Assembly: GCA_001599295.1 (NCBI GenBank)
Contig: BCGN01000007.1
Location: 74,433-138,432, forward strand
Direction: 5' to 3'
DNA: 64,000 nt
Source of the DNA: Sporopachydermia quercuum
Lineage: Eukaryota
Below, piece by piece: positions 23,247 to 34,296 of the stretch (its first letter is position 1; the number at the start of each line of letters is the position of its first letter). Below the pieces are notes generated by a model that had not been told where the DNA came from, searched no databases, and saw nothing but the letters and a program-made list of their open reading frames with translations. The position numbers and the translations under genes were made by a program.

Positions 23247-24665
23247 ATGGATTTAGGAAATAGTCAGGAATTTGTTTCAGTACTTTGCAATCCATCTGAA
23301 GTAGAAGAATATATACCATATTCCCTACGATTAAGCAAAATTCATCTGACATCAACTTGGAATCCATTTAGCGATTTACCATACGAGCAAATGAGTTTAA
23401 CAGAATCATACCCTTCACCGAGTTCATCGAAATCATCCATATCTTCAGAGTCATCTACATCAATATACTCCAACAATAACCTTTATGAAGCTGGCGAGTA
23501 NCAGCATCAGTCATCCAAAAAGCTTTCCACACNAGGCTCTTCACCAAGATTCCAATGTCAATATATTCATGAGGATGAGGAGGGCTATAAATTTCTCATG
23601 TTCTCAGATTCAGAGATTTTGTCGTCTACTTCAACAAACTCAATCGAAGCTACAAGAGATGAGATAATTGAATTCCGACCTGGAACCTCTTCAGAGAAAG
23701 AGCTAGAAGCAAAATCCTCTAGGCAAAAGAAAGGAAGGTTGACTAATTTCAAAAAGAAACCAACAGTGAACAAACCCCAAGTCTTGACCAGTGAGGAAGA
23801 AACAATTACGGTTAAGCTTGAAGCACCCTTGTTGAATTTTAGTTTGCCAGATGCTGGTTTTTTCACAACTAAGAACCAGTTTATATTTGGATTCCAGAAT
23901 CCAAAAAGTAATGATATAAGATTGAAAACTTATAATCTACATAATTTTACAAATATGTCGTGCTTAGAAGAAAAAATTGATATTAATCAAAAGATATTGA
24001 AAAATTCTCCGAAGCTTCAAATAACTGGAATTCCATCAAAAACGAGAGTGGAAACCCTATTCACTATGAATGTTATGATTCCTTCTACTGTGCAAATGGA
24101 GGGAGCAACTCTACTGAAAATACCAAGAGAGGGTTTAACAAAACCAAAATTACAATTGACTAGTCAGTTTCTCCCTTCGGAGATTCATCGTGACAATGAA
24201 AATTTTATTTCACCTCCTGGACTTCTTTCAATGTATGCACAAGTCATTTCTATGAAAACCAATAAACCTGTTCACATGTGCTACTTATGTCTAAGACGAG
24301 AAAAGCGCCGGTTCGAAAGAAAAAAATCGTTACTTCCTGAAGACAAATTTTTCTGGTCTGAAGCTACTAATACATCTTCCAATTCTCATTGCCGCAATTT
24401 CTCTTCTAAGCCTGCTCTTCTATTCAATGCCCCCGAAATAATAGAAATTCAAAAATCGAGAACAGAATCACATTTTTTCTCATTGGCTTGTAGAATTGCT
24501 TGTTACTGTAAACATCATCAAGAGAAAAGCGGATACAAGCTTCTAATGGTTCTGAAACAAAAAGGTAAAATAATTGCATCTTTTGAATCAGACCCGATAC
24601 AAGTAACAGATGATCATAAGTCATATGCCTTCAAAGCTTCAGTTAAAAGAAGAACTAAAAGATAA
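23247..24665 (+). CDS. Spt23/Mga2-family DNA-binding-domain protein lacking IPT, ankyrin and transmembrane regions
   Basis: 472-aa intact ORF with SKTRVET, KPKLQL, CYLCLRREKRRFERKK, LLFNAPEII, RIACYCKHHQEKSGY and PIQVTDDHK. These align motif by motif with the N-terminal domain of the MGA2 gene at 58545-62372. Confidence 0.85.
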   Translation: MDLGNSQEFVSVLCNPSEVEEYIPYSLRLSKIHLTSTWNPFSDLPYEQMSLTESYPSPSSSKSSISSESSTSIYSNNNLYEAGEXQHQSSKKLSTXGSSPRFQCQYIHEDEEGYKFLMFSDSEILSSTSTNSIEATRDEIIEFRPGTSSEKELEAKSSRQKKGRLTNFKKKPTVNKPQVLTSEEETITVKLEAPLLNFSLPDAGFFTTKNQFIFGFQNPKSNDIRLKTYNLHNFTNMSCLEEKIDINQKILKNSPKLQITGIPSKTRVETLFTMNVMIPSTVQMEGATLLKIPREGLTKPKLQLTSQFLPSEIHRDNENFISPPGLLSMYAQVISMKTNKPVHMCYLCLRREKRRFERKKSLLPEDKFFWSEATNTSSNSHCRNFSSKPALLFNAPEIIEIQKSRTESHFFSLACRIACYCKHHQEKSGYKLLMVLKQKGKIIASFESDPIQVTDDHKSYAFKASVKRRTKR

Positions 24666-25073
24666 TTAATAACATCACGGCAACACGAAGTTTACGTCTT
24701 TCAGGCAAAACGTTCAAGACAAGAATTATCAAACTTCCAGCTCAATATCATATACTTTGATCACTATTGAATCACCCTTGATTTGCTAAATAATTATATT
24801 GATTTTATGTCAAATTCATCTGTTCACAGTCTGTTAATTTTCTTGTTTCACATCAAGCTCTATCTAATGTCTATAATTTTACACGCTTCCGCAAATCAAT
24901 GTGTAGTATATTTTTTTCTCATAGACGTTGAATCTTTGTTCCTGACAAACCATGCTAGAGATTATGCGACTATACAACTTTTCCATGTGTTCCAACACAC
25001 AATTAATACTTATTAATAGTTTTTAATACATTACTCATGCGATAATGTGCACCTTCTCAGAATCCAATTCATG

Positions 25074-25931
25074 TTATAGCTTTCCCCGACTATTCATAGT
25101 AATACATCCATTACCGCTATATACATCACGGCATTCTACGATCTTCAATTCTGCATCTTTCATTCCAAAATCTCCCATAACTGCTGTTCCTTCTGTTTTC
25201 TTCAGCACTTCACGTACCACCCATAACGCTTCTCCGACTCCTCCAATAAAACCAGTAAAATTTTTCTTTTCCCACACTCTATCGACACATATGGCAGCAA
25301 ATAGATCACCAGTGCCTGTAAAATACCCTTCTAATTTTCCAACATCCCATAATGCAAATTCTCCCAAAAATGATGCTATAACTCCAACTCCTTGTATCCC
25401 TCCTAATCCTTCTAACGTGGTTATCACCACCCGCTCAATGCCTTTACTGTGGAATTCCCGTAAACCATTCTTCACTTCATCTAGGCTTCTCATCTGATGT
25501 TGCAACAACAGTTCTGCTTCGAACTGATTAGGTAGCAAGAGCTGAACACCTGATATCAGCTGCCTATATATGGGAACCACATCTTCATCAACGTACATAA
25601 CACCTCCGTCGCCCATTACTGGGTCTAATGCCCAAAATGCCTTACTACCTTTTATAGCTTTTTCTACTACCACTAACTCATCAGCGTTGGGAACGTATCC
25701 TGTGAGAATTACTTCATAGCTAGTGATCTGATGAACACTTTTCAGTAATGACTCTAATGTCTCTGGTGATGTTTTCGTACCAGAAAATGCTCCATATCCT
25801 GTATGATTGGAATACTGTACCGTATGAATTGTATCAACGTCCCAGTCCAAACATTGTAGAGGAAATGTGGCTGCCTTTGCTCCCACATAGCCGTGAACTA
25901 CATGTGACTCTATCAGTAGAATATGTTTCAT
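25074..25931 (-). CDS. BUD16: Pyridoxal kinase (PdxY/PdxK type)
   Basis: SHVVHGYVG, AATFPLQCLDWDVD, SNHTGYG, ILTGY, LDPVMGD, PNQFEAE and FTGTGDLF motifs. The PLQCL and NHTGYG motifs favour Bud16 over Bud17. Confidence 0.85.
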   Translation of the reverse strand: MKHILLIESHVVHGYVGAKAATFPLQCLDWDVDTIHTVQYSNHTGYGAFSGTKTSPETLESLLKSVHQITSYEVILTGYVPNADELVVVEKAIKGSKAFWALDPVMGDGGVMYVDEDVVPIYRQLISGVQLLLPNQFEAELLLQHQMRSLDEVKNGLREFHSKGIERVVITTLEGLGGIQGVGVIASFLGEFALWDVGKLEGYFTGTGDLFAAICVDRVWEKKNFTGFIGGVGEALWVVREVLKKTEGTAVMGDFGMKDAELKIVECRDVYSGNGCITMNSRGKL

Positions 25932-26847
25932 TCTTTAGTTGAATTTGAGTCCACTGACTTATCACTTTAGCATTCTATTCCAATATCAATTGAGATAGAG
26001 AAATAGAGAACAGTGATGTCTATTTCAAATTAGGAAACAGACAAATGGCTGAAATGTGAGCAATAACAATNTAGTTTGATGCAACTGATAATTATTGATT
26101 TTGAAACCCTCACTTCATGTGAAAATTCTGGCAGTCTGAGTCAATTATTTCGGACAGATGAGATAATATTGTCCGAAATTCTCATGAGTTATCTTCCCTT
26201 CGGATATACCGGACAATTGAAGTCGATAGCAATGAAGAATGGTAAAACTATGAAGCGGGTTATGATGAGATATTATTACTTTTTGTTGACAAGTAAAGAA
26301 AATTAAAAGAATGTAAGAGATTGGAACAATTGTAAGAATGCATCATTTGCGATTTAAGTGCGAGAAGCCTTTCGTTTTCTCATCGCAGCTTAAAGAGTAT
26401 GCTAGTATTGTTTCGAGGACCTTCCAGACGAAAAACTTGTAATAAAACAGTTGACATGATTTAATAACAGGAATTTTTGATTAGTTAGTTATGGTTTTCT
26501 AGATTTCTCTTAGCGTTTGGTTAAATCGCACTTGCTGATATCGATGATGTTGTTTCTTGACTAGATAAGACACGTTTAATGTTTATCTAGATTACGGAAA
26601 TAATAATAATTCCTCAAGGTATAGTCTCCGAATTAGCAATACCTTACCTCTTCACAATTGATACTTATTATCATCGTCATCATCATCAGCTTTCAGTTTC
26701 TTCATCAGATTACTATTGGAATCTTCATGATCTTTTGATCTTTCTTATATCTCATCCTTAATTGTTTGTTTGTATTTAGGATAGTAGTATACGATAAAAG
26801 TGTCAGTGAATTCTAGGAGATATATTCAAGATTATCTACATCTCATC

Positions 26848-29800
26848 ATGGTAGACTCGCACCAACCTGCTGTTGCATCGTCACCATCTCCTTCACCATT
26901 ACCACAGTCTAATACTAGGCTCGATGAGCTTTTATTATTGCAGTTTGCTCAATCAGCATGCAGGGGCGATTTTGGAACCATCTATAATCTTCTCGACAAT
27001 CATTCCAATGTCTTCTCAAGTCATATATTAGGAAAATCATCCTTTCTCACTCTACTACTTGCATTTACGCCAAAGCTCATCGACGGAAGTGAATTCAAAC
27101 CTATTATTGAATTCGTATTAAACAAATATGAGAAGGAGAACTCAGCTGGGTTTAAAGAGGCTTTTAATCCAGAATCTGACGGTTTTGCTATCTCCAAAAC
27201 AGCATCACTACTTTCAAATCTCAACTTGGATACTTCTTCGGAAGTAAGTGCTGTATTGCGTGAAGTTTGCCTTAATGCGAACAGCTTAACAGCTCCTTTG
27301 GACTGGAATCCTTTAGCTAGCTTAACTCTTGATCAACTGGTTGAATCGTGGATAAAATCTCGTTGTCATCAAATTCCTTTGCCCGTAATTGCATCCACCA
27401 TTAAACTAGCCCATAAGCCGGTTCTTGACTATCTATTTCATTGGTATCAAGGCTTAGTTCTCCCTTTACAGTCAATTTCTCCCCAAGAGAAACCTGTTTC
27501 TCTCATAACATTCCAGTCATTATCACCACAAGATGTGTTCTCATTACTATCACTAGAATCAATTTCCACTCAAGAGAATATCCCTAAAGTGCTTGAAACC
27601 GTNCTTCCATATATTGAATATACTGATAGCTGGATTCAGTTTTGGTTGTGGCTCACAAATTATGCAATTACAAATTCGCAATCTCCGGAGATTGCCGAAT
27701 CGATCACAATACTAATCAACCAATGTGATAAATACGTAAACCATATTTTTGAAAGCAAACCACAAACACGAGAACAAATGATTAGCGTGTTTCTCGCGTC
27801 TTTATTATTCATCACTGGTTTTACTTCCTCACGGTCTATTGCTTTCTCACGTAAAGCTTTGCTGCAGCTAGAGAAAATCCCCATGGAAGAGTCTAATCCT
27901 TTCACTGTGGAAGGCCAATTAGAATGTGTCAGCAGTTTCTCTTCGATTGCTGATAAGGTGGACAGCATTACTGTTGATGATATCAAACAGTTATTGCAAT
28001 CACCAATAACATATCCCTCTAAAGCTACTATTCGATTATACTCATCTATTCAAGAGTCAATTAGCCTTTTGTATCAAGTGTCACCAAATGGCATTAATGC
28101 TGATAATAGTTCTATTGGTTCGAATAATTCCAGTGTTGATATAAATGTATCGACCACTAGTATATTCAACCTGCTAAGGCTGAGAGTTTGTTCTACAGCT
28201 GAAGAACAAAAACAGTTTTTTTATTACTATTTGCTAGGAACGAAGCTTCCTCTAAATACCGAATTAAATGATTTGAATCAGCATCAGTTGGAAGTGAGAA
28301 GAACTGAAGAAGAATGGAGAGTTTACATTATATCCATTCGGTGGATTAAAGACAATTCTCAGATATTTGAGAAGCTTGACAGTTTGTTTTTAGAAGAAGA
28401 AGTTTTATTGTGTTTATTGCGGTCAAATGGTAAGTTGAGTTTGCTTTATTGGTGTTTGAGGACTTGCATGAATACAGTGGACGGATGAGTAAAAAGTTTG
28501 TTTGTTTCTATGAATTCTCATGAATTTTGCACTGTTTTCTGGGTATTGTTTACATAGTGGATACTTAATGGAACGTCTACGAACTTCTAAACTATTTTAG
28601 ATTTGCTAGTTATTATCACCCAGAATGGTTTTGCTGAAATTTTCGATATAACAAGATAGCTAGAGAAATAGCACAACAATAATCACAGAGACTGCTGCAG
28701 AAGCAACTACATGAATTATTATAACAATTGGTATTCATTGCCGTTTGTCTCCATTATCTGACTATTCTCTCCTACCCACCCCGACTATCCTATCATTGCT
28801 AACATCATCTAGAATTCCAACTGGTAAAATCTTTTTACCTTACGCCAACTGTATCTTCTCACAAAATACCAAATCTACTATCAACAATCCTATCAACGTT
28901 CTGGTCGAATGTTCGTTCTGCTTCTAATGTAAACAGATCCATTGGCCACATGAAAAGTGCTGCTGATTGCTTGTCATTGCTAACACCATTGATTCAACAA
29001 CAACAAGGACAGCAAAAGACCGAAAATAAAAACAGATCATTTGTAATTCCTATTGATATTACTGCAGCTGAAAACATAGAGAAAGCCCAGTCATTTTTGA
29101 ATGCCTGTGATGAATTGTGTAAATATTCATTGTCATTCACCCAGGGAGTACCAGCTAAGCCAGTGGAAATACTCACTCAAGCAGAAATGAATGTATTAAA
29201 AGTATTGGAGATGTTGATGGAGCAGAATCACGGTGCATATTTACAGCTGGATCGTTTGGAAAGTATTGCTGTTTGTTTGATGAAAGCAATTGGTGATAGT
29301 AAGGAAACTGTTGACAAGTATAGTATTGGTGATAATGATGGTAGAACTCCTATTGCTGCTAAGTTAACGGCAATGTGTATTGAAACATCTCTTGCAAATG
29401 ACGATTTCAATACAGCTTTCAACTATGCAGTTCTTAATCCTGGTTTACTATCTTCTTCCAGTCAAACCGTCTCATCCTTATGGCTTACGTTCTATCAAAT
29501 GACAAAATTCTTCTCTGTTCAATGGGACGATGAAAATGGCTGTCCTATTGATGTTTTGGAGAAGAAACTAATAGTATTAACTAAATGTATGAGCAAATGC
29601 CACGATAGATACATTCCTACGTTGCTAGAACAGTGGGCCCGTCTGAGCAGTCAATACAATGAGAGGGTAACTGCTGAAAGCAGTGGTACCAGTGCCAATA
29701 ATATGAATATCACTGCCAGTAGTAGTAGGAACAGCTTTGGCTATATCAATAGTAATAATCATGGCAATGGCAAGGGTAATCCTGAGTTGCGATTTGAATC

Positions 29801-29942
29801 AAGGCTTTCTAGAGCCTTACAGTCATCAGCAGCTACTATTATGAATTCACAGCAAAGAGTCCCTGGTGTTTCTGCTGATCAAATATCTAATATGCTTGTT
29901 TCTGGTCTAGGATGGGCTATTGGAGCTAATAATAGACACTAA
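26848..29942 (+). CDS. SEC39: Sec39 (Dsl1 tethering complex subunit); exons 26848-28429 and 28813-29942
   Basis: A GTAAGT..GCTAAC..TAG intron (28430-28812) joins the two ORFs in frame: LLRSN/EFQLVKSFYL...SASNVNRSIGHMKSAADCL. It also has LANDDFNTAF and a C-terminal LVSGLGWAIGA motif. Confidence 0.85.
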
Positions 29943-30414
29943 ATCACTAGGAACTAGTATTGATGCTGAAGGAAATATGTAACATGTACGGGTATACTGA
30001 GTACTTAACAATGGTAAGCGAATGGTAGATTTACTTATTTACCTAACTTAAACTATAGGGTACTTAATATAGAAGGAATGAAAAGAGAGTATGACGTAGA
30101 TTCCCATAATATCACATCTGCAGAAATCCGTGGACTGAATTGAATGAACATGAAAATAAATAGAGCTTGGAAATTTATACGGCAATGATTGAAATTCTCG
30201 ACACTAATATTAGCAGTGACTAATGATACAACTACTCTATCATCAACTGCTCTTACAGTATCAGTAACAAATAAAACAATAATAAATAATAATGAAGAAC
30301 TATTCATTATCATCACTATTGCTACTAATAATGATCATATGAACTTCATGATGTTTATGACTGTTTGTAGTCCATCATTTTTTAGGATATTTTATAGTTT
30401 CTTGATATTTTATC

Positions 30415-30433
30415 AAAAAAAAAAAAAAAAAAA
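30415..30433 (+). repeat. Poly(A) tract between convergent SEC39 and PIF1
   Basis: Run of about 19 A residues. Confidence 0.8.
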
Positions 30434-30741
30434 ATTAAATGAATAAAAAATATGAAAATTTATGAATCAAAGTAGAAGTAGTATAATTCTATGGTTTTAT
30501 TGTTATTGGTAATATATTAAGGTTCCTTTCACAATATTACAACTATAATGCAGATCACCATAATAATATCCTTCTCATAGTAATCTTCATATAATATACC
30601 TTTTATTTAGTATATCTTTAATCATTGACAGCTGTCTTAGTTATTTACATCATAAGTGTTTATACATAACAAATGAACCATTCAGTATCACTTCCTATTC
30701 TTTCACTTTTTATGGCTTTTTTCTTGCCTTTCTCCTTCCTC

Positions 30742-33700
30742 TTACTCATTTGCTGCTTCATACAATTCTTTATCAAAGTCATCTGACCATTCCATTGAAA
30801 AATCCTCATGATTGTTTGTTGAATCTAACAGCAAAAGAGAATTTAATTCTTCATTGTCAATATTATTAGCATTACTATTCGTACTAACACTACTTGCGAT
30901 TCTATCATGAGAGGATTTGCAGTTAACGATGTTTGATGAGAAATCTGAAGCAACACCGATGGGACGATCCATTGCAAGAGTGTTTCTTCTGCTGGTGATG
31001 GCATCGGCAATAACTGCAGGATTGTTCGTGCTTTCAGCAGTTGCGATAGAATGAAAACTATGTTTTTTGTCAATTGTAATAGTAGTAGTAGTAGCAGTAA
31101 TAGTGCCCGTATTGCTAGCAAGGTTGATACTGTTACAGCTCCTGCTACTGCTACTAGAAGAGACATTCATAGGTGGATTATTACCAATAAAACTATTCCC
31201 ATTAACATTCTTCTTAACGGCCTCCTTAATATTTTCCTTATTAGTACTATTATAAGTACCACCAGTTCCCTTATAACTCAAATCATTGTTCCAAGCATTC
31301 GCAACACTATTTTTATACCCTTTAAATGCTGGATCATCATCATGACTGCTATTAGAAGCATTTACCTTTCTATTTTGGTGGAATTTCGATTTCATCTCGT
31401 CGCTTTTCACTGATGGTTGTCTATTCAGTCTTGGAGGTTCCACGTTTCCTAATGTCACCTGCCTTAACACTGGTTTTACAGTAGTAGCATCGGCATTATT
31501 AGTGTTATCACCATTACCATCGCCTCTTTCCACTTCAGCACGGTCACTTTTAACTTCAATTATTTCATCTTCTGCTTCATCTTTTCCTTCTTGTTCATCT
31601 TCGCCAGCTATCTTTTTATAGAACTTCATTACCTTCTCGTCAGCCCTCACTTTACTAGGATGAAAATTCAAGACTTGTAAACCTGACCGGCTAACAGCTC
31701 GACTCAAGGCAACATAGGCTTGCCCTTTCTCAAAAATCCTCTGTAAATTAACCCGCACTTTTGGTAACGTTTGACCTTGCGATTTATGAATAGATAGTGC
31801 CCATGAAAGCACTAAAGGGATCTGGTTTCTAGATACTAACGTTTTACCGAATTGATCATCAATGCTCCAATCTTCTCTGAAAACAAGAACATCCCTTGTT
31901 GTTTTATCTGGTAGGTTGAATCTTACATACGGCAACAGTTCTGATTTTGGTTCCTGATTGATAGCTTTGATAAGAGCTTCTTTCCTTTTCCAGTTAATGT
32001 TGTTTATAGATGAAGATAACTTCTTTGGATCAGAAGGAATATTAAAAATATCATCAGGGTATTTCGAGATGGAACCGCCAGTAGAGTTATTAGTAGAATT
32101 AATAACAGAATTACTAGTATCATTCTTGCTTAATTCCTCTTGTAGATTCAATTCTCCTCTTTTAACTAACCGAAACGTATGGCTATCCATAAATCCTAGC
32201 ACTTTACCCAATGACCCATTAACCAACGTAGAATCAGTATTTTTGATCAACATCACCTGAGTACCGATCTTCAGATTAACCTCCTGAGGCGCCATGAACG
32301 AGGCCAGTAACGAAGTAGCCATTTGGCTATTTAGAACAGAATCGTGCTGATCATTAGCGGTGTAAGCAATAGCCTCACCGGGCAACTGTTTCAGGCGGCG
32401 AAGATTAGCATTCTCTACTTCTTTGCGGGTGGGGAACAGGTCTGTTGGCTCTATATCATCGTCCTGGGCTAAAGGTCTGTTCAGCTCTTTGAACTTCCTG
32501 TGCGTCTCGGGACCTATTTTCCCAAGCCGCATTTCGTTGAGCATGGTGATGAATTCCACGTCTCCTTTCTGCCGGAACACCTTTTTCAACACGTATGTTT
32601 TCTGAATGCATTCTTTCCAAGCTTTTGATTCAAATGTATACTGTTTTGCTGAAGATGAAGCATTGTTTGTCTGTACTGGAGGTAGCTGGAAGTAATCACC
32701 AGAGAGAATCAGTTGGATTCCACCAAATGGTTCTGTTCTATTTCCTGTTAGATTCCGAGCAATGGTATCCAGCTTGTCGAACAAGGCTCCGTCAATCATG
32801 GAGATTTCGTCGATGATAAGCACGGAAGTGCTTCTCCACCGTTTCCGAGCTACATGGTTTTTCTTTATTTTGTCAATAAGCTTTTCTGCAGACTCCTTGC
32901 CGATTCCAATGCCTGCATAAGAATGCAGTGTTGAGCCTCCGATATTGCAAGCTGCAAGTCCAGTGGAGGCCGTAACGGCGATCTGAACCCTGCCGTGTTT
33001 CCTGCGGAGGGCTTGGATCATGGAACGAAGGAGCACAGATTTGCCTGTGCCAGCGCTGCCCGTGAAGAAGATGCTGTATCCTTCTAGGGCGCAGTCTATG
33101 ATTTCCTGTTGCTGGCTACTGAGGAGAATAGGAGGTTCTGTTGAAGTTTCCACAGAATTTGAGGTATCAACCGATGTGCCTGCGCTGGCATTAGCACTGG
33201 TAGTGTACTGTCTTGCTTGGATAGTTGATAGTAGCTCTATGCGAGTTTTTGCTTTGTTTGCTCCTCTGTTTCTTGTTCGCACGCGCTTGGCTATCGGTGA
33301 AGAAAAGGGCTGGAAATCAGAGTCAGAATCATTTTCGCTATGTAAATTAACTGATATATCCTCGACAAGAGTAATACCGGATTGTTCTTTGATGTATTCA
33401 GCACTGATATCAGCATCAGAATTAAAAGATACTGGCGACGTGGTAGAATCTACACTTGAGGAAATGTTGATGGTATGTTTGTGTCGTTGATTTGTATGAG
33501 CATTGATGTTGGGAATAGGTTGGGAAGAAGCTGACGATGAGTTGGGAGTAGAAGGGGCTTTTCTGGGAGCAGGATTAGTATGAATATTGGTACTATTGGT
33601 ATTAGTACTACAATGAGTAGAAACAAACCCAGTGTTGATGATCCTACTGGAAAGTTCCAGTTTTCGTTTTCTCACCATTTCCAAGTGTTGTGATAATGTG

Positions 33701-34296
33701 GGAACAGTGATTTTGGGCCCTAATGTTTCAGTTCTATGCCAAGCTGGCGATGAAGACCAAGGAATAGAGACATCAGAGGATTGCCCTGAAACTGGATGTN
33801 GAGAGCTCATAGGAAGAGGAATAGTTGTATGAGGAGTTCCATCTGAAATGAAATGTTCAATTGACTCTTGGTGATGCTCTTGGTCTTGTGATAATGCCAG
33901 CAGGTCTTCTACGGAAAAACTTTCATTGATACAGGAATTATCAGAAGAGTTGAACGTGTCATAAACAGTGAGTTTAGGATTGATGTTGATAGCGTTGATT
34001 CTGTCGATAGTATTGCTATTGTCGTTAGTACTGCTGTTGCTATTCCTATTGCCGATTACTTTTTGATTATGTACATTTCCTTTCATCAACACACTATTTG
34101 TCCTGTCTGAAAAATTACTATCACCATTTTCTCCCTTTTCTCCTTTGCTTCCAATACTATAAATATCTTCTGAAATCGATTCCTGTATTAAATCCGAAAA
34201 CTCATCTTCCTCTGTATAACTTAGTTGCGACAGTATAACCAAATCATCTTGGATTATTGCTGATTCGACAGGGCTGGGGATTTCTGTTGTGGACAT
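30742..34296 (-). CDS. PIF1: Pif1-family 5'-3' DNA helicase (frame stays open upstream to 34614 without an ATG)
   Basis: FFTGSAGTGKS, TASTGLAACNIGG, IIDEISM, FGGIQLILSGDYFQLPPV, VFRQKGD, QIPLVLSWALSIHKSQGQTL and FEKGQAYVALSRA motifs. Assignment to PIF1 versus RRM3 is not certain. Confidence 0.9.
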   Translation of the reverse strand: MSTTEIPSPVESAIIQDDLVILSQLSYTEEDEFSDLIQESISEDIYSIGSKGEKGENGDSNFSDRTNSVLMKGNVHNQKVIGNRNSNSSTNDNSNTIDRINAININPKLTVYDTFNSSDNSCINESFSVEDLLALSQDQEHHQESIEHFISDGTPHTTIPLPMSSXHPVSGQSSDVSIPWSSSPAWHRTETLGPKITVPTLSQHLEMVRKRKLELSSRIINTGFVSTHCSTNTNSTNIHTNPAPRKAPSTPNSSSASSQPIPNINAHTNQRHKHTINISSSVDSTTSPVSFNSDADISAEYIKEQSGITLVEDISVNLHSENDSDSDFQPFSSPIAKRVRTRNRGANKAKTRIELLSTIQARQYTTSANASAGTSVDTSNSVETSTEPPILLSSQQQEIIDCALEGYSIFFTGSAGTGKSVLLRSMIQALRRKHGRVQIAVTASTGLAACNIGGSTLHSYAGIGIGKESAEKLIDKIKKNHVARKRWRSTSVLIIDEISMIDGALFDKLDTIARNLTGNRTEPFGGIQLILSGDYFQLPPVQTNNASSSAKQYTFESKAWKECIQKTYVLKKVFRQKGDVEFITMLNEMRLGKIGPETHRKFKELNRPLAQDDDIEPTDLFPTRKEVENANLRRLKQLPGEAIAYTANDQHDSVLNSQMATSLLASFMAPQEVNLKIGTQVMLIKNTDSTLVNGSLGKVLGFMDSHTFRLVKRGELNLQEELSKNDTSNSVINSTNNSTGGSISKYPDDIFNIPSDPKKLSSSINNINWKRKEALIKAINQEPKSELLPYVRFNLPDKTTRDVLVFREDWSIDDQFGKTLVSRNQIPLVLSWALSIHKSQGQTLPKVRVNLQRIFEKGQAYVALSRAVSRSGLQVLNFHPSKVRADEKVMKFYKKIAGEDEQEGKDEAEDEIIEVKSDRAEVERGDGNGDNTNNADATTVKPVLRQVTLGNVEPPRLNRQPSVKSDEMKSKFHQNRKVNASNSSHDDDPAFKGYKNSVANAWNNDLSYKGTGGTYNSTNKENIKEAVKKNVNGNSFIGNNPPMNVSSSSSSRSCNSINLASNTGTITATTTTITIDKKHSFHSIATAESTNNPAVIADAITSRRNTLAMDRPIGVASDFSSNIVNCKSSHDRIASSVSTNSNANNIDNEELNSLLLLDSTNNHEDFSMEWSDDFDKELYEAANE

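Noticed and set aside
30053..30446. Overlapping 85-87-aa ORFs between SEC39 and PIF1
   Set aside because: Low-complexity terminator-region sequence without recognisable motifs.
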